A stretch of DNA of 64,000 nt from an uncultured Nitrospiraceae bacterium (GTDB lineage: Bacteria; Nitrospirota; Nitrospiria; Nitrospirales; Nitrospiraceae). This document shows positions 38,539 through 48,355 of the stretch, piece after piece. The position numbers and the translations under genes were made by a program. Within the stretch, counting starts at the first letter, position 1. The number at the start of each line of letters is the position of its first letter. The DNA lies in NCBI GenBank assembly GCA_963730935.1, contig CAVSTP010000004.1, positions 1,568,001 through 1,632,000 of the forward strand, written 5' to 3'. Below the pieces are notes generated by a model. That model saw only the letters and a program-made list of their open reading frames with translations, searched no databases and was not told the origin of the DNA.

Positions 38539-38692
38539 AATTCACGCAAAAGGCATACCCTTGGCCGTTGAGACGATGTAGTGGCCTACCTCCTGGTTTT
38601 TTCAGTAGTTCATGAACGCGCCTTCCCCACCTGGGGCAGTATTACCCTCCCGACGTACGCAAAAGGAGGCAGCATGCACGGATTAAAGTAAC

Positions 38693-38917
38693 GTGGCCTC
38701 CGCCTATGGCGCAGCGGGATCCTTGGTTCTTGTGCTGCTGTGGGTCTACTATTCGGCGCAGATCCTCTTATATGGTGCCGAGTTCACCCAGGTGTATGCG
38801 AACCGTATCGGTGATCGGATTGTTCCGGCTCCCGACGCGCGAGTGACGGATCCTCGGAAAGCGGATGCCGATCGGGCTGGACAAAAGCCGGCCCACGCTC
38901 CAGATCGTGCCGCCTAG
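38693..38917 (+). pseudogene. C-terminal remnant of a YihY/BrkB membrane protein
   Basis: SAYGAAGSLVLVLLWVYYSAQILLYGAEF is the YihY C-terminal signature; the N-terminal part is missing. Confidence 0.8.
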
Positions 38918-38977
38918 CTGGCCCGACAATGATTCATCCTGTAGGCCTGACCTCTCCGGACCCATCTTCATTCACGG

Positions 38978-39567
38978 ATGCCAAAGTCTCCCTTGCTTCC
39001 GCGTCTGCTGCAGGCGGGAAAAAACCGGATTTGGTATTGCCGCGAATCGCGCGTCTTCCGGTACCCGCTCGACCACACGCCGCTGCCACTCCCCACCATC
39101 TTTCGAAGAAACTGCCTCGGCCGCCCGATGCCTATCGGACGGTGGCAGTCGAGCGAGGGCAGAGGGCGTTCACCTATCACCTACGTCGAAGGCGGCCGCC
39201 TCCTGCGCTATTGCTGGCTCATCGAGCGCCAGACACGCGGGGAAGATGGTGGGTGGAGCACGTATGCTTTCCTCCTCCCGACACGGCCGTCCTATTTGAT
39301 CACTTTACGCATCCTCTCGCGAGAGGCCGCGGACTGTACCTTCAAGCCATATGCCGGCTCTTACACGACGCACGGGGAAGTGGCAGGCGCCCGCCAGGCC
39401 TATGTCACTTTCGGCTCAAACGGCCCATCGCGGCACGTGATCGAAAAAGTGGGATTCCAGCAGTGAGATTCCAGCACGAAGGTAGCTTGTTCAAGGAGCG
39501 ACGGCTGGTTTGGTCAAGACCCTATGCGGTCAGCGCAGGTGGTCCGTTCCCGACCGCGTTGCTCTGA
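38978..39567 (+). pseudogene. Degenerate GNAT-like acetyltransferase
   Basis: FTHPLARGRGLY and NGPSRHVIEKVGF lie in different frames; 10-nt duplication GATTCCAGCA at 39453 and 39467. Confidence 0.55.
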
Positions 39568-40125
39568 GGGCTGTATATGCCACCGGCAGCTTCAAGTTGC
39601 ACGCGTCGAGCGCGCGCGCTGACGCTGACGACGCGTCCGGGCTGGAGCGAGAGACGGGGCAGGGGGACCGGACGCTGCGCTGTTCGGCAATCGCTTGACG
39701 GACAACAAGAGCTGTGCCCGCCGGATTGCGTCCAGCAACGCTTGTCGTTCCACTTCCAGACGCTTAACGCGCGGCGAGCGGTTCACAAAACGCTCGGCGG
39801 CGTTGGTAATCCCTTCAAACGATTCCCATGGATCCTGTGAAGGACGAGGTTTCATAGGCTTCCCCTTCTCCCTACCTGCCAACCCGCCAACAAGTGAACT
39901 AAAAGGTTCCCTAGTTGAGAGACCGAGTGCTCAAGTCCTTAGGCTAATGGCTTCATACGCCAGGCGGTCGACACCCAAGAATCAGGGGTGTGCCTAGTGG
40001 TTGGGCTCACTCCGAGGCACTAGAGTCAGAGATTGATACGCCCTCGCCGTCTTGGCAGCTGAAGGCTCTCGAGCGTTTTCACGGCAATCCGGGCAGATCA
40101 TTGTCTCATCTAAATGGAGGTTTCT

Positions 40126-41643
40126 ATGAGGTACGCCAACTGTATGAAGACTGCGATCGGCGGTCTTTCTCTTGTTCTACTCTTGTCGGCCTGTTCCTCC
40201 GGATCCAAGTCGAAGACCACGGCGGGTCCTCCGTCGCAGGACACTTCGCGGGGGGGCAGGGCTGCTCTTTCCCCGCCCAGCGATCTGCCGCGAAGCGACG
40301 TGGTCAGCGATCGTGGCACCACTCCAGGCAAAACGCATGATTCGACCAACCGAGCAGGGCTCTCGGATCGTTCGCCGGAAATCGCGGCAGCCTGCCCGTC
40401 GAAAGTCGACGCTGACGGTAAGGTCGTATTCGATGATCCCACCTGTCCGGATCGCTATCGCCGCCAGGCGGGAACCACCGCAGCAGGCGGTGCTGCAGGA
40501 CTGGCGGCAGCCTGTTCTTCGCACAACGATGCCACCGGCAAGATCATCTACGATGATCCGGCTTGTCCGGATCGCTATCGCAGCCAGGTGGGTACCACCT
40601 CCGAAAAAGAACGTGCGGGACTGGCGGCAGCCTGTTCTTCGCACAACGATGCCACCGGCAAGATCATCTACGATGATCCGGCTTGTCCGGATCGCTATCG
40701 CAGCCAGGCGGCTGCGATGTCATCTATCCGTGAAGCCCGTGTCAGACTTTCGCGGGCCGCCGGCATCAAGGTATGGGACACGGCGCCTGGTGCGGGCACG
40801 AAGACGGGAACGCAGGTTTCTCCTTCCTCGGCACAGGGCGTGGATCCTCAGTGTATCGATGAGCTTGAGAGACAATGCGGAGAGGTTCAGCCTGGCAGCG
40901 GGCGTATCCAACAGTGTTTTGACGACAAGATCAACAACTTTTCACCGATGTGTCAGGAGAAGCTGAAGGAGGGAAAGGCCGCGATCGCTGCCGCTATATT
41001 GACGAACAGGCATGACAAGGAAGTATCAGGGAATGCCAGTGATAGCCGCCAGACGGGAACTAAGGCTGATTACGCGGGAGTGGACCCACGCTGTCCTTCG
41101 ACACTCGATGCGAAAGGCAATGTGATCTATGCTGACTCAGGCTGCGCACACCGGTACTACTATCAGACAAAGGAAAATGCCTATTACGATCGCTATGCGG
41201 ATAAAGCAGCTAAACACGCCCGGGCGGCAGAGATCGCTGCCATCCAGGGTAACGTGCCGGACATGATCCAAAACGCCGAACAGTCATTGGACCATGCGAA
41301 GGAGGCGCGGCGCTCCGGCAATAATCCTGATCTGGCTGCAGGCATCGCGGCCCTGAGGCAGTCGATCGCACTGGGACAAAGCAACGAAGTGGCTCGTTCG
41401 ACGTCATCCCCAACGAGTACTGCCGCCGCCGCGACGCCGCGCACCGTCAAGGGCGAGTTGTCCCAAAAGAAGGACGTGACGAGAGCCGATGGCGGCGAGT
41501 CCTACGTCTTACGGGACCCGGAAAACCGCGAAATTCCAATCTCGTTGTCCCCCGAAATGAGCCGTCAGGTTCAGGTGGGAGATGTCGTGGAAGCGCAGGT
41601 TGACTCGAACGGGCAAGTGACGTCGATTACCAAGGCCCAGTAG
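40126..41643 (+). CDS. Mosaic lipoprotein: Cys-pair repeats, Cys-rich helical module and SmbP-like domain
   Basis: RBS GGAGG; lipobox LLSAC; four C-x16-C repeats; KHARAAEIA...AEQSLDHAKEA resembles SmbP. Confidence 0.75.
   Translation: MRYANCMKTAIGGLSLVLLLSACSSGSKSKTTAGPPSQDTSRGGRAALSPPSDLPRSDVVSDRGTTPGKTHDSTNRAGLSDRSPEIAAACPSKVDADGKVVFDDPTCPDRYRRQAGTTAAGGAAGLAAACSSHNDATGKIIYDDPACPDRYRSQVGTTSEKERAGLAAACSSHNDATGKIIYDDPACPDRYRSQAAAMSSIREARVRLSRAAGIKVWDTAPGAGTKTGTQVSPSSAQGVDPQCIDELERQCGEVQPGSGRIQQCFDDKINNFSPMCQEKLKEGKAAIAAAILTNRHDKEVSGNASDSRQTGTKADYAGVDPRCPSTLDAKGNVIYADSGCAHRYYYQTKENAYYDRYADKAAKHARAAEIAAIQGNVPDMIQNAEQSLDHAKEARRSGNNPDLAAGIAALRQSIALGQSNEVARSTSSPTSTAAAATPRTVKGELSQKKDVTRADGGESYVLRDPENREIPISLSPEMSRQVQVGDVVEAQVDSNGQVTSITKAQ
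40381..40708 (+). repeat. Intragenic tandem repeat, 120-bp period, 3 copies
   Basis: 40498-40588 and 40618-40708 are identical over 91 bp; the copy starting at 40381 is diverged. Confidence 0.95.
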
Positions 41644-41648
41644 GACGA

Positions 41649-41678
41649 GGGGCGGAGCCGGTATCACGGCTCCGCCCC
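41649..41678. terminator. Hairpin between convergent genes
   Basis: GGGGCGGAGCCG / CGGCTCCGCCCC 12-bp stem; no strong U-tract. Confidence 0.6.
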
Positions 41679-41695
41679 CCTCTCGCGATGGTGAC

Positions 41696-42529
41696 CTATT
41701 TGTCTGCCCCAATGGGAGGCAGATTGATGCCGAACCGTTCGAGTCCCATGATCACGGTCAGGGCTGACGGTGAGTGCTGAACAATTTCCTTCTGCACTTC
41801 GATGCGGCGCAGGTCTACAAATTCCGGGGCAGTCAGGCCGAGCGATTCTCGATAGGCCCGGTCGGCAATACCCCGCTGCTTTTCGGCCTTTTCGCGGGCC
41901 TCTTCCGCCTTCTGGAACTCCACCATCGTGATTTTGCGCTGTTCCTGCACAATCGTTTGTGTGGTCTGCTCCACGACGCCCTTGGGCGGTAGGATGCTGC
42001 CGACGACGACGCGATTCAACCGCACCGGGATGTTCTGTTTTTCGATTAATTTGGTCTGCACTTCTCTTGCAATGGCTTCCTGTAATTTTGTGCGCGTGGT
42101 CGGATCGGTGGTCAATTGGAAGAGCGGATATTTCTGCACCTCTTCCCGGACAAACGTCCGGAAGGCTTCCTTCATGTTATTGTGATACCAATTCGGGCCA
42201 TAGCGCGCGATCAATTCCGGTGAACGACCTTCCACGACGTTCGCGATCATGAAGGCGTCAAAGGAGACCGGGGCGTTTTCGGCGGAGATGATGTCGAAAT
42301 GTTCAGAGTACTGGACCGGCCGGACGTCTACATCCACCACGTGCGTAGTCGGCGCCAGCCAGACACGTCCTGTCTTTGATGGAACCGGATCCACGCCGCC
42401 ATGCCCGAAGAAGAACGGCTGCTCCACGAGCACGCCTTCGTGTCCCGCATCGATCGCCGCACAGCCTGACAGCCCCAGCAGCCCAACTCCTCCTACGATT
42501 GCCAGAATGCGTCCCATTGGTCCTTTCAT
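41696..42529 (-). CDS. SPFH/band-7 domain lipoprotein
   Basis: Lipobox LSGC; IDAGHEGVLV; coiled-coil C-terminus. Confidence 0.8.
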   Translation of the reverse strand: MKGPMGRILAIVGGVGLLGLSGCAAIDAGHEGVLVEQPFFFGHGGVDPVPSKTGRVWLAPTTHVVDVDVRPVQYSEHFDIISAENAPVSFDAFMIANVVEGRSPELIARYGPNWYHNNMKEAFRTFVREEVQKYPLFQLTTDPTTRTKLQEAIAREVQTKLIEKQNIPVRLNRVVVGSILPPKGVVEQTTQTIVQEQRKITMVEFQKAEEAREKAEKQRGIADRAYRESLGLTAPEFVDLRRIEVQKEIVQHSPSALTVIMGLERFGINLPPIGADK

Positions 42530-42694
42530 AGCCCCCCTCCTCTGCGTGTGTTCCGATCGATGGTTCGGACGGCGTTGTGGAATGGTTACAGTCTAGGCTC
42601 CGGTCATCTGGTAGGTTTACCTTACGAAGCGCTCACGATCAAAGTCAAACCGAAGCGGGTCCGGAAAACGAGGAGAGACAAGGGTTGCAGAAGA

Positions 42695-43105
42695 TTATGA
42701 GATTCCGGCTTGCCGTTGGAGCCAACGCACGTAGCGGATGATCTGCTCGACGTCTGCAGGGGACACCGCATCGATTTTCGGCATGTTACCGAACTCCCAG
42801 TGATGGGCCTTCACGCCGAACTCCGCAGCGCGCAAGAAAGCCGCGTCGCCATGATGATTCGGCTCATAGATCTTATGGACCAGAGGAGGACCTTGCTGAG
42901 TTCCCGTAGCCTGTGGACCATGGCAGGCGGAGCAATGGGCGTTGAACTTGGCCTCGCCAACCTGCAATTCCGACGGAACCGTGCCCCCACCGACCGCGGA
43001 CTTCGGCTGAGAGGAGTCGCATCCGGCCACCGCAGACAGGCCGAGCGTAAGCCCAAGGATGGACAACGACATGGAAAGCGTCTGTCTGAGGAAGACTTGG
43101 ATCAA
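42695..43105 (-). CDS. Monoheme cytochrome c lipoprotein
   Basis: Lipobox VAGC; CSACH; GPPLVHKIYEPNHH; GNMP. Confidence 0.88.
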   Translation of the reverse strand: MIQVFLRQTLSMSLSILGLTLGLSAVAGCDSSQPKSAVGGGTVPSELQVGEAKFNAHCSACHGPQATGTQQGPPLVHKIYEPNHHGDAAFLRAAEFGVKAHHWEFGNMPKIDAVSPADVEQIIRYVRWLQRQAGIS

Positions 43106-43266
43106 CGCTGCTCTCCTTGCCGCCCAGCGTTCGTCTCGAACTGCTCGCGCAGCATTTTCTGGGTCCGCTGGAGCGTCATGCGGCGATAGAGGCGCGCGCC
43201 GATCGGCGCGATGACGATCAGTCCGATCGTCAAATACATGAAGAACTCTTCCGGCGACACGCTCAT
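43102..43266 (-). CDS. 54-aa single-TM protein (MSVSPEEFFMYLTIGLIVIAPIGARLYRR...)
   Basis: Manual translation; its TGA overlaps the TTG start of the cytochrome c gene (TTGA). Confidence 0.6.
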   Translation of the reverse strand: MSVSPEEFFMYLTIGLIVIAPIGARLYRRMTLQRTQKMLREQFETNAGRQGEQR

Positions 43267-43329
43267 GCTTCCAACCGCTCCATGCTCAGGAGTCAGGCCG
43301 ATGGTGCACGCCCGACGAACGTAGTCCGC

Positions 43330-44031
43330 TCAGAGTACTGCATACCTGGTAGGATCCTCAACCCCGGCCTTCGCAAATCCTTCTCGTCGGATGACACAAC
43401 TATCACACCGTCCGCATGCGAGGTCGCCAACCGGATCGTAGCAGCTATGGGTGAGGTGCAACGGGGCGCCGAGCCTGACGCCGGTTCGAATGATGTCGGC
43501 CTTGGTCATGTCAAGCAAGGGGGCACAGACCTGCAGCGCGGTTCCCTCCACACCGGACTTCGTTCCTGCAGCGACGGCCCCTTCGAATGCCCGGATGAAT
43601 TCCGGCCGGCAGTCCGGATAGCCGGAATAATCCAACACGTTGGCCCCGAAATAAATCAAGGACGCGCCCTCGGCTTCAGCGTGGGCCGCAGCAAGAGAGA
43701 GAAAAATCAGGTTCCGGCCGGGCACATAGGTAACTGGAATCCCGCGACTCCGTTCCTCGCTGCGACGGTCTTTTGGAACCGGCAACTCGCCCGTCAACGC
43801 GGAGCCGCCCAGCGCCCGCAGATTTACAGTAAGGACGGTGTGCTTGGCCGCGTGCATGGCGGCGGCCACCTGGCGAGCCCGTCCCACCTCGACGGCATGA
43901 CGCTGGCCGTAATCGACGGTCAACCATAAGAGCTCATGCCCGGCCTCCCGCGCCAGGGCGGCGGTCACGGTCGAATCAAGTCCCCCGCTCGCAAGAACGA
44001 CAGCGCGGTTGGAAGTTCCAAGAGGGGCCAT
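43330..44031 (-). CDS. queC: 7-cyano-7-deazaguanine synthase
   Basis: SGGLDS, YGQRH, TYVPGRN, GYPDCR, SCY...CGRCDSC. Confidence 0.96.
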   Translation of the reverse strand: MAPLGTSNRAVVLASGGLDSTVTAALAREAGHELLWLTVDYGQRHAVEVGRARQVAAAMHAAKHTVLTVNLRALGGSALTGELPVPKDRRSEERSRGIPVTYVPGRNLIFLSLAAAHAEAEGASLIYFGANVLDYSGYPDCRPEFIRAFEGAVAAGTKSGVEGTALQVCAPLLDMTKADIIRTGVRLGAPLHLTHSCYDPVGDLACGRCDSCVIRREGFAKAGVEDPTRYAVL

Positions 44032-44125
44032 TGACGTGAGCCTCGTGGCGACCGTGCCAACAGGAAGGTGTGCGCGCCGGCGGATTGATGCCAGTGCAGG
44101 CGTCAGGCGGGAGGGGCAGAAGGAC

Positions 44126-44683
44126 CTAGTCGCGCTCTTCTTCTTTTTCGATCTTTTCCAGAAGTTCCTCTTTGGCCTGACACTCGACGCAGAGTTTTGC
44201 AAAGGGCACGGCTTCCAAACGCCGCTCGCTGATTTCGACGCCGCACTCGGCACAGATCCCGTATGTCCCTTCGTTGAGCCGGGTAAGGGCTTCATCGATG
44301 GCCTGCCGCCGTCGATTGCGCATTTCCATGAGCGATATGCCCAACTCACGGTCCAGATCCATGAGGGCCTGATCGCCGACATCTCGGGCCGATTCGAGGC
44401 GGCGCTGCTGATCTTCCGTCAAGGACTGTCCCAGACTGCCTTCGATTTCCTTGAGGATTTCGTGGCGTTTGCGCAGCAGCATGTGCTGCAGCGCTTCGCG
44501 GCGTTGCTCCCGGGCTTCACGCTCCTTTGCGGATTCCTTCGGCTTTGCGGCCAGCGGTGACACGGCCATACTTACCGGCTTCTCAATGACGGCCGCCTCC
44601 GCCGGTCTGACTTTTGGCACAGGCTTGGTTGTGGGTTTCGTCTTATTCATAGTTTTCTTCTTCGGAGGTGTTCTCGTCGCCAT
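44126..44683 (-). CDS. dksA: DksA/TraR C4 zinc-finger transcription factor
   Basis: Coiled coil with DVGD tip; YGICAECG...RLEAVP...CVEC. Confidence 0.85.
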   Translation of the reverse strand: MATRTPPKKKTMNKTKPTTKPVPKVRPAEAAVIEKPVSMAVSPLAAKPKESAKEREAREQRREALQHMLLRKRHEILKEIEGSLGQSLTEDQQRRLESARDVGDQALMDLDRELGISLMEMRNRRRQAIDEALTRLNEGTYGICAECGVEISERRLEAVPFAKLCVECQAKEELLEKIEKEEERD

Positions 44684-44734
44684 CGCGTTGTCCTCTCCCC
44701 TGGGTAAACGCCGGACGGCAAAAAAAGTTCGGCA

Positions 44735-44764
44735 TCTATAACACGGCTGCTCCGAGTTTGACAA
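44735..44764 (-). promoter_or_regulatory. Possible sigma70 promoter of the dksA-like gene
   Basis: Minus strand TTGTCA-18 nt-TATAGA, with TG in the extended -10 position. Confidence 0.4.
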
Positions 44765-44792
44765 GGGGTTGTAGGAGGACGACCGGCGCCCC

Positions 44793-45317
44793 CTAGGGAT
44801 AGATGATCGTGGAGTGCACGGGATAACCGATCAGCTTTTGCCGGCCGAGCAGGCTTTTCAGCTCGACCAGAAAATCGAGCCCGACGATTTCGCCGCCCAA
44901 CTGCCTGACGAGCGAGACGGTGGCGGCAGCGGTGCCCCCCGTGGCAAGCAGGTCGTCGACGATCAGCACGCGTTCGCCCATCCCGATTGCGTCGCGATGG
45001 ATGGCGAGGGAGTTGGAGCCGTATTCGAGGCTATATTTGACTTCAAAGCTGTCGGCAGGCAGCTTCCCCGGCTTTCGAACCGGGACGAAGCCCGCATTGA
45101 GCCGTTGCGCCAAGACTCCCCCATAGATGAAGCCGCGAGATTCGATGCCCACCACCTTGGCGACCCGCTGCTCTCCATAATACGCGACCAGCCCGTCGGC
45201 GATCGCCGAGAAGGCCTTGCTATCTTTGAGCAGCGTCGTGATGTCGTAGAAAAGAATGCCGGGTTTGGGGAAATCGGGAACTTCGCGGATAAGCGATCGA
45301 TACTCAGCAGCGGTCAT
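44793..45317 (-). CDS. apt: Adenine phosphoribosyltransferase
   Basis: PDFPKPGILFYDIT, ESRGF, RKPGKLP, VDDLLATGGT. Confidence 0.96.
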   Translation of the reverse strand: MTAAEYRSLIREVPDFPKPGILFYDITTLLKDSKAFSAIADGLVAYYGEQRVAKVVGIESRGFIYGGVLAQRLNAGFVPVRKPGKLPADSFEVKYSLEYGSNSLAIHRDAIGMGERVLIVDDLLATGGTAAATVSLVRQLGGEIVGLDFLVELKSLLGRQKLIGYPVHSTIIYP

Positions 45318-45321
45318 TGGC

Positions 45322-46278
45322 TCAGAGCAAGTCCGATTGTGTCAGCGTTTTGCGCTCGATGGTATGGCGCAGACGGCTCAAGGCGGCCATTTCGATTTGC
45401 CGGACGCGTTCGCGGGTCAAGCCCATGTCACGTCCGATCTCCTCAAGCGTCCGCGCCTCGCTACCGTCGAGGCCAAACCGCGACACAATAACAGTTTGCT
45501 CTTTCTCAGGCAACTCCTTCACCCAGGTCATCATTTCGGCCCGCCGCATCACTCCTTCCGCAGTATCCGCAGGCGAGACGCTCATCGGATCTTCGATCAC
45601 GTCGCGAAGGAAGGTGTCGGCCCGATCGTTGATCGGACTGTCGAGCGAACAGGTGGTGCGGACGACCTGCTTCAGATCGAGCACTTCCTCCTCGGTCGTT
45701 TTCATTTTCTGCGCGACCTCTTCGGCGGACGGCTCCCGCCCCAGTTCCTGGACAAGCGCTTCGACCTTGTTCAGATAGCGGTTCAAGCGCTCGACGACGT
45801 GAACCGGTAGACGCACGAGCTTGCCCTGATTAATGATCGCCCGCTCGATGTATTGCCGGATCCACCAGGAGGCATAGGTGCTGAAACGAAAGCCCCGTTT
45901 GTAGTTGAACTTCTCGACGGCCTTGATCAGCCCCAGATTCCCCTCTTCGACGATATCCGAGAATGGAAACCCCCGATGAATGTAGCGCTTGCCGATGCTG
46001 ATGACGAGGCGCAAATTGGACTCGATCATTTGCTGGCGAGCCTGTTCGTCTCCGGCCATGACCCGTTTGCCCAGCTGTTGTTCTTGCTTGAAGGTCAGCA
46101 GTGTCGAGCGGCGGATCTCGCGGAGATAGCTCTTGAGGGTATCCAGACCTTCCGACCGGCCACGGGATTTCTCGTCGTCGGAAGCCTGGTCGAGGTCGGC
46201 GGCATCCTCCTCATCATGGTCCGAGTGGTGTCTTCGCGCTTCACTCTGGTCTGAGAAATCGTCCTGTCTGCTCGCCAT
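45322..46278 (-). CDS. Group-2 sigma70 factor (RpoS-like)
   Basis: [40 protein letters not shown]; no region 1.1. Confidence 0.88.
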   Translation of the reverse strand: MASRQDDFSDQSEARRHHSDHDEEDAADLDQASDDEKSRGRSEGLDTLKSYLREIRRSTLLTFKQEQQLGKRVMAGDEQARQQMIESNLRLVISIGKRYIHRGFPFSDIVEEGNLGLIKAVEKFNYKRGFRFSTYASWWIRQYIERAIINQGKLVRLPVHVVERLNRYLNKVEALVQELGREPSAEEVAQKMKTTEEEVLDLKQVVRTTCSLDSPINDRADTFLRDVIEDPMSVSPADTAEGVMRRAEMMTWVKELPEKEQTVIVSRFGLDGSEARTLEEIGRDMGLTRERVRQIEMAALSRLRHTIERKTLTQSDLL

Positions 46279-46303
46279 TCCGACCTCAGCTCAACACGGC
46301 CCA

Positions 46304-46597
46304 CTAATACCAGACGGCAAAGTCTGCGTGGCGACCTGTCGCCGGTACCCATTCGACGCGGACATCGGTAACCCTCGAAGCCGGCGGACCGACCTTCAGC
46401 GCCGCGATCAGCGACATGATTTGATCCTTCGCACCTTCGGCTTCCAATTCGACTCGTCCATCCTCGCAATTTCTCACACCGCCGACCAGACCGCGGTCGG
46501 TAGCGGCGCGGACGGTGAATGCCCGATAGCCGACGCCTTGGACTCGTCCTGCAACCGAGATCCTGGCCCGAACGGTAGAGTCACTCGCATCAGTCAT
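46304..46597 (-). CDS. acyP: Acylphosphatase
   Basis: GRVQGVGYR, GVRN..DGRVE, GPP. Confidence 0.93.
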   Translation of the reverse strand: MTDASDSTVRARISVAGRVQGVGYRAFTVRAATDRGLVGGVRNCEDGRVELEAEGAKDQIMSLIAALKVGPPASRVTDVRVEWVPATGRHADFAVWY

Positions 46598-46829
46598 CGT
46601 CCGGCCACTCGCTCGACGTAAGGGATCCTCTCACACCTGGATAAACGCGTCACGTGATTTGCAATTCTATGCGCGGAAACTTTGTATGGATTGTACGTGT
46701 CTTCAATCAGAGGGAGCAATGACGACCGATACTCGGAGTCCGCGACGGGACCTGTGTGCTACAATCGCCGGCCGTTGTCTTCGGACGATCAGCATACTTC
46801 ATCTCTCAATCCTGCGAAGCCCGGGCAAC

Positions 46830-48290
46830 ATGGCACTGAGCGCTACCGAAATTGAGCAGGTGCTTCACGAGATCGCTCCCCACCTTGTTCAGGGACGGAT
46901 TCAAAAGATACACCAACCCGGCGATCGCCTCCTGATCTTCGACATTCGCATGCCAGGCGAAACGCATAGGTTGCTCATTTCCTCCGAACCTGATACCGCA
47001 CGACTACATCTGCTGTCCCGCCCATTGACAAACCCGGCCAGTCCTCCGTCGTTTTGCCAATTCCTTCGCGCACAGGTTCAAGGCGCCCGACTCACGGAGA
47101 TGCAGCAACTCGGACATGACAGGATTGTCACGATGACGGTGGCGACCAGGCACGGGCCCAGAACCATCGTCTGCGAATTCACCGGGCAGCACGCCAATGT
47201 CCTCCTTCTGGATGAACGGCGCGATATTTTGCGAGATCTCAACCGGCAGCGAGAGCTTGTCGGTCGTCTGTACGAAGCGCCTCCGCCGCGCCGGTCCACC
47301 CAGGAGAAGGCCCCTCGCTTCAATCCACAGGGAGCCACCCACCGTTTTCCGGTGTCTCAGGCGATTGAAGCGCATTATCAGGACAAGGAACGAACGCTGG
47401 TGGGAGAACGCGCGCAACAGGAGCGGCTGCGCGTGCTCAAAAAATCGCTCGCAAAAACGCTGCGCCGGATCGATGCATGGCGGCAGGATCTCACCAAGGC
47501 CGCTGCCTACCGCAACTACGCACGGTACGGCGAGCTGCTCAAGGCGAACTTGACGTCCACCACCGCAGGCATGAACCGGATCACGCTCATCGATTATTAC
47601 GATCCGTCGCTTCCTGAAGTCACTCTCCCGCTCGACCCGACAAAGTCAGCCCTTCACAATATGAACGAGTATTTCAGAAAGCATCGCAAGCACCTGTCAG
47701 CCGAACGAGAATTGCCTCCCCGAATCGCCGCCGCCGAACAGGAAATCGAGGCCTTGCAGCGGGAGATCACATCCATCAAGGAAGGCACCTGGGCGGCCTC
47801 TCTGCCCACGAGCCCCGCTCCCTTGACCGGCAAGACCGACTCGAGCCTCCGGCGATCGGCTCACAAGCGAAAAGGTCCGTTTCGGCGGTTCATGTCCGCC
47901 GACGGTCTGCCCATTTTCGTCGGACGCAACGCCCAAGAGAACGAGGAGCTGACATTTCGTCTGGCAAAGAGCGACGACTTGTGGCTCCACGCCAGAGGCG
48001 CTGCAGGGTCTCACGTCGTCGTACGACTGGCCAAGGGCGCTGATCCACCGCCGGAGACCTTACGGGATGCGGCGACGCTCGCCTTGCTCTATAGCGACCT
48101 GAAGAAAAGCGGGAAAGGCGAAGTCATCTACACGAGGCGCAAATGGGTGAAGGCTGCCAAAAGAGAGGCGCCTGGGGCCGTGCTGGTGACCCATGAGCAG
48201 TCGATCCACGTCCAACTGGATCGCAAGCGACTGGACACTCTCAAGGCGCGCAACGAAACTGATCCCCCGCAGAATATGACCTTTCGCTAG
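46830..48290 (+). CDS. NFACT/RqcH (FbpA-like) ribosome quality-control protein
   Basis: IQKIHQP, FCQFLR, DRIV, VGRNAQENEELT, WLHARGAAGSHV. Confidence 0.88.
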   Translation: MALSATEIEQVLHEIAPHLVQGRIQKIHQPGDRLLIFDIRMPGETHRLLISSEPDTARLHLLSRPLTNPASPPSFCQFLRAQVQGARLTEMQQLGHDRIVTMTVATRHGPRTIVCEFTGQHANVLLLDERRDILRDLNRQRELVGRLYEAPPPRRSTQEKAPRFNPQGATHRFPVSQAIEAHYQDKERTLVGERAQQERLRVLKKSLAKTLRRIDAWRQDLTKAAAYRNYARYGELLKANLTSTTAGMNRITLIDYYDPSLPEVTLPLDPTKSALHNMNEYFRKHRKHLSAERELPPRIAAAEQEIEALQREITSIKEGTWAASLPTSPAPLTGKTDSSLRRSAHKRKGPFRRFMSADGLPIFVGRNAQENEELTFRLAKSDDLWLHARGAAGSHVVVRLAKGADPPPETLRDAATLALLYSDLKKSGKGEVIYTRRKWVKAAKREAPGAVLVTHEQSIHVQLDRKRLDTLKARNETDPPQNMTFR

Positions 48291-48355
48291 GTAAACGGCT
48301 GTTTCTGCGCTAGGCTAAGTCGTCATCGAGTGTTTCACGTAAGAGGGAGGTCTCG

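Noticed and set aside
39592..39882. 96-aa minus-strand ORF
   Set aside because: It may hide a small helical gene (MKPRPSQDPWESF...), but there is no recognisable motif and it lies in a decayed region.
40381..40708. 120-bp periodic repeats as a possible CRISPR array
   Set aside because: The units are too long, in-frame within a lipoprotein, and there are no cas genes.
43117..43929. 270-aa plus-strand ORF
   Set aside because: Antisense to queC and the small TM gene; no motifs.
44032..44125. preQ1 riboswitch upstream of queC
   Set aside because: No recognisable aptamer or A-rich tail; the long ORF extension to 44382 merely overlaps dksA.
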